Assembly (NCBI GenBank): GCA_963810275.1
Contig: CAWENF010000020.1
Location: 1 to 64,000, forward strand
DNA length: 64,000 nucleotides
Direction: 5' to 3'
From: an uncultured archaeon
GTDB lineage: Archaea > Thermoproteota > Bathyarchaeia > Bathyarchaeales > Bathycorpusculaceae
This document shows, one piece after another, positions 50,814-61,322 of the stretch. The position numbers were made by a program, and so were the translations under genes. Positions within the stretch are counted from its first letter, which is position 1. The number at the start of each line of letters is the position of its first letter. The notes beneath the pieces were generated by a model, which had not been told where the DNA came from, did no database searches, and saw nothing but the letters and a program-made list of their open reading frames with translations.

Positions 50814-51461
50814 TTAAGTTTGGGTTTTGTCTGCTGCTCCTGGCATTCCGGGGGGAAGGTCAGGGAAGTTAGCGCTTACGCGTTGTTCTGCGACTGTGGC
50901 TGCTTCAGCAAGGATTTTTGATGCATCTTCGTTTACATTGTCAAAGTTTAGTGACATGCCACTGCTCGCGCCTGCTTCAAACATCAGTCCACTTAACATG
51001 TTGCCGATGTCCCCTAGTTCACCTTCTGCTTCAGGCATAACACCGCCTAACCCTGAGCTTATACTTCGCAGTACACCGATGCATGGACCCAAAGTTGTGA
51101 CGATATCACCCAGTTCAGAGACTGTTTTAATTCTAAGTGCAACTTGGTCAAGAGCTAGGCGTGCATTCATAATCAGTTTGTTCATTTTGCGGATTTCTGA
51201 AAGTTCAGTAGCGTATATGTTTGCTCGGGCTTGGTCATGATGTGTGTAAGTATCAACTAGTTTAGCAAAAAGAGCTTTGTCTTTTTGGGTGAAGCGTTCA
51301 CTAGCTTGGTCTAGTCTGCTGATTTGGAAGTCCAGTTTACGGGTGGCTGCTTCCAATTGGGGCTTTAGCGGCACTGGTGCCTGAATCGCGCTTTTAACAC
51401 TTGCGATGAAGGAGTCACCTTCTTTTTTTGGTTCCCATTTCTTTGCAAAACGTTCTGACAT
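50814..51461 (-). CDS. cdvB: ESCRT-III / CdvB (Snf7) family protein
   Basis: Helical Snf7 core RANIYATELSEIRK..ALDQVALRIKTV.ELGD; EDASKILAEA..A; C-terminal FPDLP. Confidence 0.88.
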   Translation of the reverse strand: MSERFAKKWEPKKEGDSFIASVKSAIQAPVPLKPQLEAATRKLDFQISRLDQASERFTQKDKALFAKLVDTYTHHDQARANIYATELSEIRKMNKLIMNARLALDQVALRIKTVSELGDIVTTLGPCIGVLRSISSGLGGVMPEAEGELGDIGNMLSGLMFEAGASSGMSLNFDNVNEDASKILAEAATVAEQRVSANFPDLPPGMPGAADKTQT

Positions 51462-51608
51462 AGTGTTAACATCCTAATATGGAACCGTTACATAGAGGAC
51501 GCTTTTAATTGTATCTAACATGTAGATATACATGTAGAATAAGCTGTTTTTAGTTGGAATACGAAACTTGCCCTAACTCGCTGTTTACACGTTTTGGGGA
51601 TAAATGAA

Positions 51609-52016
51609 TTAGTGGGGTATTTCGCTGCTTTCCTCGCGGTTCCTAAGTTTTTCCTCAAGCAAAACCAGCAATTCCTGAGGCTTAACAGGCTTAACAAGGT
51701 ATGCATCGGCACCTTCATCAAGCGCCTTAACGCCTGTTTCTAGCGATGGAAACCCAGTAATCATAATCTTCACGGTGTGTTGAAGTTGCTTTTTGAGTTT
51801 AGCAAGTAAATCTGTGCCGTCCATGTCAGGCAACCTGATGTCCACTAGTGCTAAATCGTAATGACTGGTACCCGCTTTATCTATGGCTTCTTTTCCTGTT
51901 TCGGCAGTTTCAATTTCGTAGCCGCTTTTCTGTAGAATACGTGTGAATGTACGAAGAATTGATTTATCATCATCGACAACGAGGATCGTTTTTTTGGTTA
52001 TTTCCATTTCAAACAT
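51609..52016 (-). CDS. stand-alone response regulator receiver
   Basis: ILVVDDD, DIRLPDMDG, ITG, YLVKP. Confidence 0.93.
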   Translation of the reverse strand: MFEMEITKKTILVVDDDKSILRTFTRILQKSGYEIETAETGKEAIDKAGTSHYDLALVDIRLPDMDGTDLLAKLKKQLQHTVKIMITGFPSLETGVKALDEGADAYLVKPVKPQELLVLLEEKLRNREESSEIPH

Positions 52017-52254
52017 CCCTTCCCATATTAAATATGCAATTAGATTTGCCTTGACCCTACCGTGATGTTTTCTGTTTTATCTAACCGATATCCACACTGA
52101 TTGATAAAACTTAGAAACCTACACAGTTTACTGGTTTTAACTATATTTTTCGAGATTAATAAACGCTGTTACCTCTGTGGCCCCATACATTTCTATTGCA
52201 ATAAAGATATAAAAGTCGCGAACGTTGGTTCTGGTAGGCTTTTAGGCAGTAAAA

Positions 52255-53721
52255 TTGATGTCAACTGTTTTTTCGGCTTTTACGTACAGGATTACACCTG
52301 AGGTTCCTTTTAGCTTCTTTGGAAAACTATTCGATTTCATATACGTCGAGTATCTTCTGCCCCAAAAAGACCGCTTCATAGATATATATAGAGAATCTTC
52401 TATCCAAGGCGAAAAAGTCACGTACACAGTAATTGACTCCGATGATAACCGAAGGCTAAATGTGGAAATAAAAAGCGGCCCCCAACTTGAATTAACCATA
52501 ACCCCTCTGGCTCCTTTGATATCAAAGGCCGATGCTGAAGAAGCAAAACAAGACATCTTAATTGCCATACAAATTTTTAGTCAAAACGCCCGCGAAGCTA
52601 CCATTTACTTTGCGTGGCGACAAGGCGAAAAAGTCGTTCCCGAAATTTTCAATAAACCAAAAAAATCCTTCAATAGGCTATTTATAGAAACTCAAGTTCT
52701 TTTCTTTCTGATTTTCATAGTTTTCGGCACATTCATCTTCATTGCGATATCGGCTGTTTCACCCGCCGAGTTCTGGATTGCTCCCCTTGTTTTAATCGGT
52801 ATTCAGTTTACTTTCATTTCTTTCTCCAACCGCTTCATAGCCCGTATCGCAGATTGGCACATCACCAAATCTAACCCCACTCTACATTTTTTAGAGTTCT
52901 ACTTTCCTACGGCTGAAAACTTGAATATTGAAGCAGTTTGCCCGAAAGAAACTTTACTTTCAATCAAAGGAGAAATTTACAGTGAAATAATAGCTAAAAA
53001 AGGTGAAGTAGACATTGAATCTGCTCAGCAGGTATTCAAAAAACACGGCATTTCTTGCGAATTATTAAATCTCAAAGTTAAGACGGTCAACGTTTACGAG
53101 CTGGTTAAAGACATAGCGGATCGCTTTCATTTTCCTATACCAAAAATCGTGGTTTCAAACACCACGACACCCAACGCCGCCGCCTCGGGAACAAGCCCCA
53201 AACGCAGCTTAGTTTTGCTTACCTCAGGCATACTGGCGCAGCTTAGCAAAGAAGAGTTGCGCAGTGTCCTGGGACACGAATTTGGGCACCTTCGTGGCAG
53301 AGACCCTTTGATTCTCTATGGGTTGGTTTCTGCTGAATTTCTTCTAAGATTTTACGTTTTATTCCCGCTTTTTCCGCTTGTTTTCTCGTCAATCCTGTTT
53401 TTTGCTTATTTCTGGGCAATTATGATCGTCATTTTTTTTGTAGCAAAGTTTTTTGAGGCTAGGGCCGACTTGGTCTCAGCCATGGTGGTAGGTAACCCTG
53501 AAGTTTTAGCGGGTTCGCTTGAGAAAATCGGCTATCAACGACTGCTCTTCGAGCGTAAGTTCTCATATCGTTTACAGGAGTGGCTGGGTCTTGACCCACA
53601 TCCGCCCATATACTTTCGAGTCAATCGCCTCCAAAAAATGGGTTCACAACATTTTGCACACCCACTTATCCAATCCATAAAAGACGTAACGAAGGGGTTT
53701 GTCGCTACTCTTCGAAATTAA
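52255..53721 (+). CDS. M48/HtpX-family membrane zinc protease with N-terminal extension
   Basis: PNAAASG, VLGHEFGH, FEARAD, HPP..RV. Confidence 0.88.
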   Translation: MMSTVFSAFTYRITPEVPFSFFGKLFDFIYVEYLLPQKDRFIDIYRESSIQGEKVTYTVIDSDDNRRLNVEIKSGPQLELTITPLAPLISKADAEEAKQDILIAIQIFSQNAREATIYFAWRQGEKVVPEIFNKPKKSFNRLFIETQVLFFLIFIVFGTFIFIAISAVSPAEFWIAPLVLIGIQFTFISFSNRFIARIADWHITKSNPTLHFLEFYFPTAENLNIEAVCPKETLLSIKGEIYSEIIAKKGEVDIESAQQVFKKHGISCELLNLKVKTVNVYELVKDIADRFHFPIPKIVVSNTTTPNAAASGTSPKRSLVLLTSGILAQLSKEELRSVLGHEFGHLRGRDPLILYGLVSAEFLLRFYVLFPLFPLVFSSILFFAYFWAIMIVIFFVAKFFEARADLVSAMVVGNPEVLAGSLEKIGYQRLLFERKFSYRLQEWLGLDPHPPIYFRVNRLQKMGSQHFAHPLIQSIKDVTKGFVATLRN

Positions 53722-53799
53722 GTAGAGAACCGTGTTAGAAACCCTTATTTCAATAACGGCTCTTAGTATGTTTATCTGAACTTTTTAGAGGCTTTCTAC

Positions 53800-54630
53800 A
53801 TGAGCTATTATGTTGAGTTAACATCCATAAAAGAAAAAAACCAACTATTTCAAACTTACAAGTCTCAGTTGCTTCTACATTTGTAAATCCAAATTTACGG
53901 TCGTTGCATTAAACTCTTAATCGACGCCTACCAAACCAAAGACATTTGGGAAGACAACTTATACTCTGCAGAAGAAAACATTCGCTCACATGGTCGCCTA
54001 ATCGTTATCTCGCAGTCTTATAAAACTCCAACCGTGAAATATAATCATTATACTAAAACTGCTTTTCTCATCAATGTTAATTACTATGGCTGGGTTAAAA
54101 GCATCAACTTGGCAGTTCCCGGCGACGTTTTAGATTATGAACACCGAATCCATTCTTTCCGCGGCGAAACCACAGACATAGGCGGTGTTGGTGTCTTTAT
54201 CATTGTCCCAAAAAGCACAGGAAAAACCGCCCACTACTTGGGATTAATGCGCCTTCACAACACACGAATAGTCAGTGACGACTGGTACTATGTGCGGCTT
54301 AGCACTCGGAAACATTTGGAGTTGGGGTCAGAAAAAAACATTCGCATCCAAGCTGGTATAGGAAAAATCTGGAACGAATATGAAAGCATTGTAGATAAAG
54401 CGCGATTTGATTCGCTTGGCAGAGCTGTTGTGAATGTGCGCTGGATTGTGGACAGCGGCGGCGTAATTTCTTTATCTACTTTGCAAAAAATTATATTGCT
54501 AAAACGCGACCAGAACGGCCCCACGCATTGTAACCCAATTAACCTACGATGACGCCATACAATATTTAATTGCATACAACTTCTGCAACCTCCACCAGCT
54601 TGTGAGCGACGACCGCAAACTTGCACTTAG
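53800..54630 (+). pseudogene. decayed HPr-kinase-related P-loop protein
   Basis: Frameshift after about 28 codons, eroded Walker A (PKSTGKT), SDDW, IILLKRD; premature end. Confidence 0.55.
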
Positions 54631-54806
54631 AACAGACTTATTCAATGGGTTCTTTGAAAAAACAGAAGTATATATAATGAATACAACCGCCTCGCCCCAA
54701 GAATCCCAGCAAGTAATTAGTACACTTTTATCCTTAAATCAGTAATTGAATATGAAAAAAATAATAAAGCATGTGAGATAGCCATAGGTTTGAGAGGTAC
54801 CAGGAT

Positions 54807-56096
54807 TTGAAACTACTCTTTGTCGCTATAGACGGTATGGGCGACCTACCGATATACGCACTCGGCAATAAAACACCCCTTGAAGCAGCACAAACCCCAA
54901 ACATGGACACTTTGGCAAGAAACGGCCAAACTGGCGTCATGTACACTGTGGGAAAAGGAGTTGCTCCAGAAAGCGACGTGGCAGTCATTTCGCTACTGGG
55001 TTATGACCCCTTCAAGTACAGCACAGGTAGAGGAGTTATCGAAGCTGCAGGCTCCGGGCTAAAAATGAAAGACGGGGACTTGGCGTTAAGATGCAACTTT
55101 GCCACATTGGGCGAGGGCAAAAACATTCTTGACCGCAGAGTCGGCAGAACCCTTTCAACCGAGGAAGCAACTGTTCTTACAGAAGCCGCTAACAAAGACA
55201 TAGCATTAACCTCTTACCCCGCCACGTTTGAATTCAAAAACACTCTTGGCCACCGAGCCGTTTTGCTTATTAGAAGCAAAGCAAAGCCACTATCAAGCCA
55301 TATAACTAACAGTGACCCCGCATACGCAATCATAAACGGCTTAGGCGTCGCAAAAGCTAATCCTGAGATGGTGCTTAAAACCTGTGAAGCTATGGATGAC
55401 ACAGAAGCTGCCAGAGTTTCCGCGGGATTAGTTAATGAATTTATCAAGAAGACACATTCACTTTGGGAAAATCATCCCACCAATGTTGCGCGGGCAAAGC
55501 GTGGTGAACTCAAAGCCAACGTTGTCTTAACCCGCGACGCAGGGCATTTATTACCTAAATTCTTCAACATAAACAGACACTACAACGTCAACTTCGCCTG
55601 CCTAGCTGACATGCATACAGAACGCGGCATCGCCCAGTTGGCAGGCATGGAGGCGTCACTGCTTCCTCCACCTTCAGGCGATCTTAAAGCCGACATGGAA
55701 GTCAGAGTCAAAACACTCATTGAAGCGCTCCCTAAACATGACTGCTTCTATATCCACCTAAAAGGCCCCGATGAGCCTGGACACGACGGCAATTATAGGC
55801 TTAAAACCAAAATTATCTCTGCCATTGATCAGTACTTCTTTGGTCCATTGCTAGAGCAGATTTCGCAGAAGGACACCATTATCTGCGTCACCTCCGACCA
55901 CGCTACACCCTGTGAGCTAAAAGTGCATAGTGACACTCCAGTTGCATTGATAATTAGTGGTGGAAAAGTAGGCGGCGACGGAGCAGTTAGCAACTTCTCT
56001 GAGCGAGAATGCGCAAAAGGGAGTTTAGGCACTCTTGCTCATGGCTACGAGTTAATGCCGAAGTTAATGGAGCTTCTCAAAAACAGCAGTCAATAG
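54807..56096 (+). CDS. apgM: 2,3-bisphosphoglycerate-independent phosphoglycerate mutase (archaeal)
   Basis: IDGMGD..KTPLEAA.TPNMD, PESDVA, HLKGPDEPGHDG, TSDHATP..HS. Confidence 0.92.
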   Translation: MKLLFVAIDGMGDLPIYALGNKTPLEAAQTPNMDTLARNGQTGVMYTVGKGVAPESDVAVISLLGYDPFKYSTGRGVIEAAGSGLKMKDGDLALRCNFATLGEGKNILDRRVGRTLSTEEATVLTEAANKDIALTSYPATFEFKNTLGHRAVLLIRSKAKPLSSHITNSDPAYAIINGLGVAKANPEMVLKTCEAMDDTEAARVSAGLVNEFIKKTHSLWENHPTNVARAKRGELKANVVLTRDAGHLLPKFFNINRHYNVNFACLADMHTERGIAQLAGMEASLLPPPSGDLKADMEVRVKTLIEALPKHDCFYIHLKGPDEPGHDGNYRLKTKIISAIDQYFFGPLLEQISQKDTIICVTSDHATPCELKVHSDTPVALIISGGKVGGDGAVSNFSERECAKGSLGTLAHGYELMPKLMELLKNSSQ

Positions 56097-56300
56097 CTAC
56101 AAGCTTTTTACTTTTCATTTTTTTGGACTGCTTATACAAGTGAAAAACCGCTCGCGCCTTATAGGGTATCTTGAGAAAAGTTACAATTTTACAGTTATAT
56201 TGGTCAGGGAGAGGCGTACAGAGCAATAGCACTCCAGATTATAAGGGCAATAAATAATTGGGAAGAAAAACGAGCGAAGATGTTAATTCAAACCTAAAAT

Positions 56301-56603
56301 TTAGTATATGTCGGGCTTGCTTGCGTTGTTTAGGACCTGCTTTGCCAAGTCAAGGCGGATTTTAATAACGTTTTTTTGACATTCAAAAGGCTTACCTTTT
56401 AAGTGTTTTTTGTGAATTTTAACATGACATTCAATCGCTTGATTCATGGCTTTGAGGGTTGGTATCATAAGGATACGATCGCCACATTGGGGACATTTTA
56501 TATATCCTCTTTTTTGATAGCTGTCGTTTGGTTGAGTTACAACTCTTTGATACATTTCTTCTATGTTTTGTTGGAATGATTCTTTTATGAGAGTTTCAGC
56601 CAT
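56301..56603 (-). CDS. small CPxCG/C2H2-like zinc-finger protein
   Basis: CPQCG...AIECHVKIH. Confidence 0.65.
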   Translation of the reverse strand: MAETLIKESFQQNIEEMYQRVVTQPNDSYQKRGYIKCPQCGDRILMIPTLKAMNQAIECHVKIHKKHLKGKPFECQKNVIKIRLDLAKQVLNNASKPDIY

Positions 56604-56765
56604 TTAGTCCCCACATCAACAATCTTGTTTCTTATATCTCAAATAGCACTAAATTTTATAAAACTCTTCATATTATGCCCATATACATCTAAGCCTTAAA
56701 CAGCCAAAAAACAAAACTAATAATTCAATAAAAAAGCTCAATTGACACATAAAAAACCAGTCAGT

Positions 56766-57130
56766 TTAAGCATAAACATGTAAACCCGATAAAGTGTGTT
56801 GAAGGGGAAATTCATCAAGCAAATCGTTAAGCTGTACAAACAAATCCAAAAACCGAAAGCCCTTCTTAGTCATTACATACTTATTTACATTCCTGGCCAA
56901 CAACCCCTGAGCCAACAAAGCATCCAGATGACCCTTTAACTGAGAATAATTAAGATTAGTGTTTACATAAAGCTGTTTTGTTTTCTGCTGTTTACAGTAC
57001 GCAAAAATCTCAGCAATAATATCAATCTTCCCCGTCTTGACCCTTTAGCTCCGCTGCGTTCCCGCTTATAATTAAGCAAGGAAAACGGCAACTGAACAGA
57101 ATTCAACCTCGACAACCCAGAATTACTCAT
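56766..57130 (-). pseudogene. frameshifted winged-helix (HTH_45-like) regulator
   Basis: Pieces SRRGRL / DIIAEIFAYCKQQKTK / NTNLNYSQLKGHLDALLAQGLL..YVMTKKG lie in different frames. Confidence 0.7.
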
Positions 57131-57278
57131 CAAAAAAACTTCTCCGCCATCTTGCCACAACACATCTATGGGCCCTTAAACGCATGTGACTGATACTGCA
57201 CAGTAACGACCAACCAAAGCATAGTTTCACTTTAACGCTTTAAATAATCAACTTCCCAATTTGAGTTAGTGAGACTTT

Positions 57279-58112
57279 ATGACTCAGAAGATTCGGCTTT
57301 ACTCCGACGGCGGTTCAAGAGGCAACCCAGGACAGGCAGCCAGCGCTTTCATCGCCACATCATCGTCGGGGGAAACCCTAAAAGTGGACGCTAAATTTGT
57401 GGGCAAACGTACCAACAACCAAGCCGAATACGAAGCGCTTATTATGGCACTCAGATACGCTGTGGAGCAGAAAGCAGAAGAAGTCACATGCTACCTTGAC
57501 AGCGAACTAGTCGCCAAACAATTAACTGGACAATACCAGGTGAGAAATGCGGAGCTCCAACTGCTTAACCACCAGTCCAAAACTCTTCTTGCCAACTTTA
57601 AAAAAGTCAATCTAATAAGCGTGCCTCGAGAACACCCCAAAATAAGCAGAGTGGACGCACTAGTCAACCAAACACTCGACCACCAAATACACATCCCAGA
57701 AAAAACCCAGAGTCCTCTAAGCGGTACTTTTGCGCATACATGCATCCGCACATCAAATTTGCAGCGTAGCATAAACTTTTATCAGCGGTTTTTCGGCTTA
57801 ATCGTAGTAGCCAAACACAACTACAAAGCCGCAGATGCAGAACTCACTTTCATGCGTGATCCACTGGGGAAAGGATGTCTACTTGAACTCATGTTCTACC
57901 GAAAACAGAGAGCTGATGTGCAGCCGTCTCCCGAGCAGCGGTTGGTTGACCATTTGGCTTTTGAAGTTCCAGACATCTACAATACTATCGCAGAAATGAA
58001 AAAGGAAGGAATAAAAATTGTTGAGAACCCTGAGAAATTCAATGATGCTACTTTGGTTGCTCTCGCGGAGGATCCTGATGGCGTTTTCGTTGAGCTTATA
58101 GAGCGAAGATAG
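57279..58112 (+). CDS. rnhA: ribonuclease HI fused to a C-terminal VOC/glyoxalase domain
   Basis: YSDGGSRGNPG, TNNQAEY, DSELV, VPRE..VD; then HTCIRT..FY, LELM, DHLAFEV, DPDGVFVEL. Confidence 0.9.
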   Translation: MTQKIRLYSDGGSRGNPGQAASAFIATSSSGETLKVDAKFVGKRTNNQAEYEALIMALRYAVEQKAEEVTCYLDSELVAKQLTGQYQVRNAELQLLNHQSKTLLANFKKVNLISVPREHPKISRVDALVNQTLDHQIHIPEKTQSPLSGTFAHTCIRTSNLQRSINFYQRFFGLIVVAKHNYKAADAELTFMRDPLGKGCLLELMFYRKQRADVQPSPEQRLVDHLAFEVPDIYNTIAEMKKEGIKIVENPEKFNDATLVALAEDPDGVFVELIERR

Positions 58113-58249
58113 TTATTCCGCCACACAGGTCAACGAGAAATTGTCGTTTCGTTTGCTTAACTATTGCTGGTTAATAATGAAATAATCAAAGTTTTTCCCC
58201 ATTTTTTTGTGAAAAAAACTTCACTTAGTCATCACTTGATTAATATGTA

Positions 58250-58711
58250 TCCAAAACGAAAATTCGTATGGGCAACTGTCCGGTAAAAATATGATACAGA
58301 TTCTTTGCCCTTAAAAGAGCAACTGGAAGGTTTCTTTTTTAGCAGGTGGAAAAAGACTGAGTTTAGTTGGATAGCATGAACATCAAATTTCGGCGGTTAC
58401 GCCTCTACAACTGAATAGGCAACTTTGTAGAGCTATTAATTCCAAGTGTAACTGTCAAAAAAGTCGCCCGCATAGCCCTCTCCCCAAAAAGACATAAAAA
58501 ACGACACTGGTGTTACCGCCGCCACCGTTATCGACTCTCGCTTAATCACAACAGCCACGTATTCAGGCGGGTTTCTAATTGGGTTTATACTGCTACTATT
58601 TACCCATCAACTGCCAATGTACCTTATGCACCCGTAGCGGTAGTTGTGGCAGCTACATCCACTATTATAGCGACTGTTCTTCTTGTTGCTTTCAAAGCCT
58701 CGGCAGTATAG
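58250..58711 (+). pseudogene. remnant of a membrane-anchored secreted protein
   Basis: Terminal TM-like VPYAPVAVVVAATSTIIATVLLVAFK preceded by stop-ridden sequence. Confidence 0.3.
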
Positions 58712-59015
58712 TCCAAAAGGTCGTACACGCCTCCATGTAGGTAGTTAAACACATAATCAAAATCTCCAAAAACAGCAAGTGATACAGGAAAAACTTGAAC
58801 AACTATCAGCCTTTACTGAGCAAGGTATAACACATCAAAAAAAAACCAACTACCCCCCCCCAAAACCCCACCCACCTCTTCTCCCTACTGTAACTGGGAA
58901 TTTGCCACTCATAAGCTGGAAGTAAGCGCCTCAGTAGGTATAAATCCGCTGGGCATTTGCATCGTTTTCGCTTTCTATTAGCGGTTTCTAAGCCATATTT
59001 AGCGCCATTGATTCA

Positions 59016-59032
59016 TCAGAAGCTTTTTATTA
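59016..59032 (+). promoter_or_regulatory. BRE/TATA promoter of tuf
   Basis: TCAGAAGC-TTTTTATTA about 60 nt upstream of the start. Confidence 0.5.
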
Positions 59033-59094
59033 CTGGAGGACAGATGTGTTAACGAATTTCAAAATTAAAGTGAAATTAATAGAAGGAAATGAAC

Positions 59095-60399
59095 ATGAGC
59101 AAAAGTGAAAAACCCCACCTAAACATCATCATCATGGGGCACGTTGACAACGGCAAATCCACCACCACTGGACACTTACTATACCTAGCAGGCGTTATCG
59201 ACCAAAGAACCATCGATGCATATCAAGCAGAGGCAGAATCAATGGGCAAAGGCACCTTCCACTTCGCGTGGGTTCTTGACAACCTAAAGGAAGAACGCGA
59301 ACGTGGTGTCACTATTGATCTTCGATTCCTCCAGTTCCCAACCAAAAAGTACAACATGACCGTTATCGACGCGCCCGGCCACAGAGACTTTATCAAAAAC
59401 ATGATCACCGGCGCAAGCCAAGCCGACGCAGCAGTTCTCTTCAGCTCAGCCAAGAAAGGTGAGTTCGAAGCAGGCATTGGCCCTGGCGGTCAAACACGTG
59501 AACACGCATTCTTAGCCTTCACTTTGGGCATTCGCCAACTAATTGTTGCCATCAACAAGATGGATGACGCCCAAGTTAACTGGGGCCAAGAAAGATACGA
59601 CGAAATGAAGAATGAAATCGGCAGAATGCTAAGAACTATTGGCTACAAGATTGACAAAATCCACTTCATTCCAGTTTCAGGCTGGACAGGCGACAACTTG
59701 CTCAAAAAGAGCGAAAAAATGCCATGGTACAATGGTCCAACATTGATGGAAGCATTCGACCTCCTTGAACTCCCACCAAAACCAACCAACAAACCTCTTC
59801 GCGTTCCAGTCCAAGATGTCTACACAATCACCGGCATCGGCACTGTCCCAGTCGGCAGAGTCGAAACAGGTATCCTAAAACCAGGCACAAGCATAGTCTT
59901 CATGCCATCTAACAAGACCGCTGAAGTCAAATCAATCGAAATGCACCACACTTCCATCCCAATGGCAGAACCAGGAGATAACATAGGCATGAACGTCAGA
60001 GGCATCGCAAAGAACGATGTCCATCGCGGAGACGTAGCAGGTCCAGTTGACAACCCACCAACCGTAGCAAAAGAATTCATCGGACAAATCATCGTTATCT
60101 ACCACCCAACCGCAATCGCAGCAGGCTACACACCAGTTCTTCACTACCACACAGGTCAAATCGCAGTCAGATTCACTGAACTGATCAAGAAAATTGACCC
60201 CCGCACAGGCCAAGTCAGCGAAGAACACCCAGGCTTCCTCAAAACAGGAGATGCCGCTTGGGTACGCATGGAACCACTGCACCCCATCGCAATCGAAGCA
60301 TTCACTGAATTCCAAGAACTCGGCAGATTCGCAATCCGAGACATGGGCACCACTGTCGCAGCAGGCGCAGTAAAAGAAATCACCAAAAAGGGTCCATAA
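59095..60399 (+). CDS. tuf: translation elongation factor EF-1alpha
   Basis: GHVDNGKST, ERERGVTID, DAPGHRDF, NKMD, GRFAIRDMG; strong codon bias. Confidence 0.98.
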   Translation: MSKSEKPHLNIIIMGHVDNGKSTTTGHLLYLAGVIDQRTIDAYQAEAESMGKGTFHFAWVLDNLKEERERGVTIDLRFLQFPTKKYNMTVIDAPGHRDFIKNMITGASQADAAVLFSSAKKGEFEAGIGPGGQTREHAFLAFTLGIRQLIVAINKMDDAQVNWGQERYDEMKNEIGRMLRTIGYKIDKIHFIPVSGWTGDNLLKKSEKMPWYNGPTLMEAFDLLELPPKPTNKPLRVPVQDVYTITGIGTVPVGRVETGILKPGTSIVFMPSNKTAEVKSIEMHHTSIPMAEPGDNIGMNVRGIAKNDVHRGDVAGPVDNPPTVAKEFIGQIIVIYHPTAIAAGYTPVLHYHTGQIAVRFTELIKKIDPRTGQVSEEHPGFLKTGDAAWVRMEPLHPIAIEAFTEFQELGRFAIRDMGTTVAAGAVKEITKKGP

Positions 60400-60401
60400 A
60401 C

Positions 60402-60435
60402 CCTTTAAATTTATTTTTTGTCAAATAAATTTTCA
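60402..60435 (+). terminator. T-rich archaeal terminator after tuf
   Basis: tttaaatttattttttg directly after the stop codon. Confidence 0.45.
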
Positions 60436-60611
60436 GTTCTTCTTCAGTCAATTTCTGTTCAGGGCTTTTTTAGTGTAGTATTACAGTCGTTACGATCACA
60501 AGTTCATATAAAGTACCCCATTGAATTAAAAGAAAAGTGTTGCAAGCAACTTGTACCAACAGAAAAATTTGTGCCCAAAAAGCCATGATCTATTTTTGGT
60601 TTTCCTAAAGG

Positions 60612-61221
60612 GTGTGCAGCTTGATGTTCGAAGGCAAGAAGCCGAAAGAATGGATAAGTCTGACCATTGTTAATACAGACTCAGACGGTAAATTCATAGC
60701 CGTATGGAAAACAGACGTTACAGGCAACTACCTAACCAAAGCAATGGTTGAAGCCTCACCAAACATGAACGCCGCTAGCACAATCATAAATCTGACTCTG
60801 ACACCTGATTCAAACGATCAACGCAACGTCTTTACATTAACTTCAAACTCGACTATCACCCAGTTCAGCTTCAACACCGATGACGAAGAACTCAGCTTCG
60901 TCACTTCAGGCCCAACAAACACCTATGGCTACGTTGACATTTATATACCAAAAAACCATCCTCAGGGATATTTCAATGCTCAAAGCCTATATTGACGGAG
61001 ACGAAGTCAACTACACAAGCTAATCCCTATCCGATTCATGGCTCATATCTTTTATATTCGCACAGCACCACACCATAATAATGTCTCTTGCCTGTGGAGT
61101 TCAGCCTGAATCCGCAATACCCGCTCTGCTACTGGTTGCTGTTGCAGCAGTTTTAGTAGCGGTTGTAGCGAATCCATTGGTTGCTACGAGACGTAGAAAC
61201 AAAATTCCCCCGCCTCCATAG
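60612..61221 (+). pseudogene. truncated cell-surface protein C-terminal domain
   Basis: SNSTITQFSFN..SG...GYVDIYIPK, a frameshift at the A-run near 60950, an in-frame TAA at 61021, then TM + RRRNK tail; no N-terminus. Confidence 0.65.
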
Positions 61222-61322
61222 CGGGTTTACAATTCTTTTGGGTTTTTTGATTTTTTATTTTGGTTACCTTCTTTTTGTACTAACAGAAAAAAAAATTAAC
61301 CGCCTCAGCGTACGCCAAGGTA

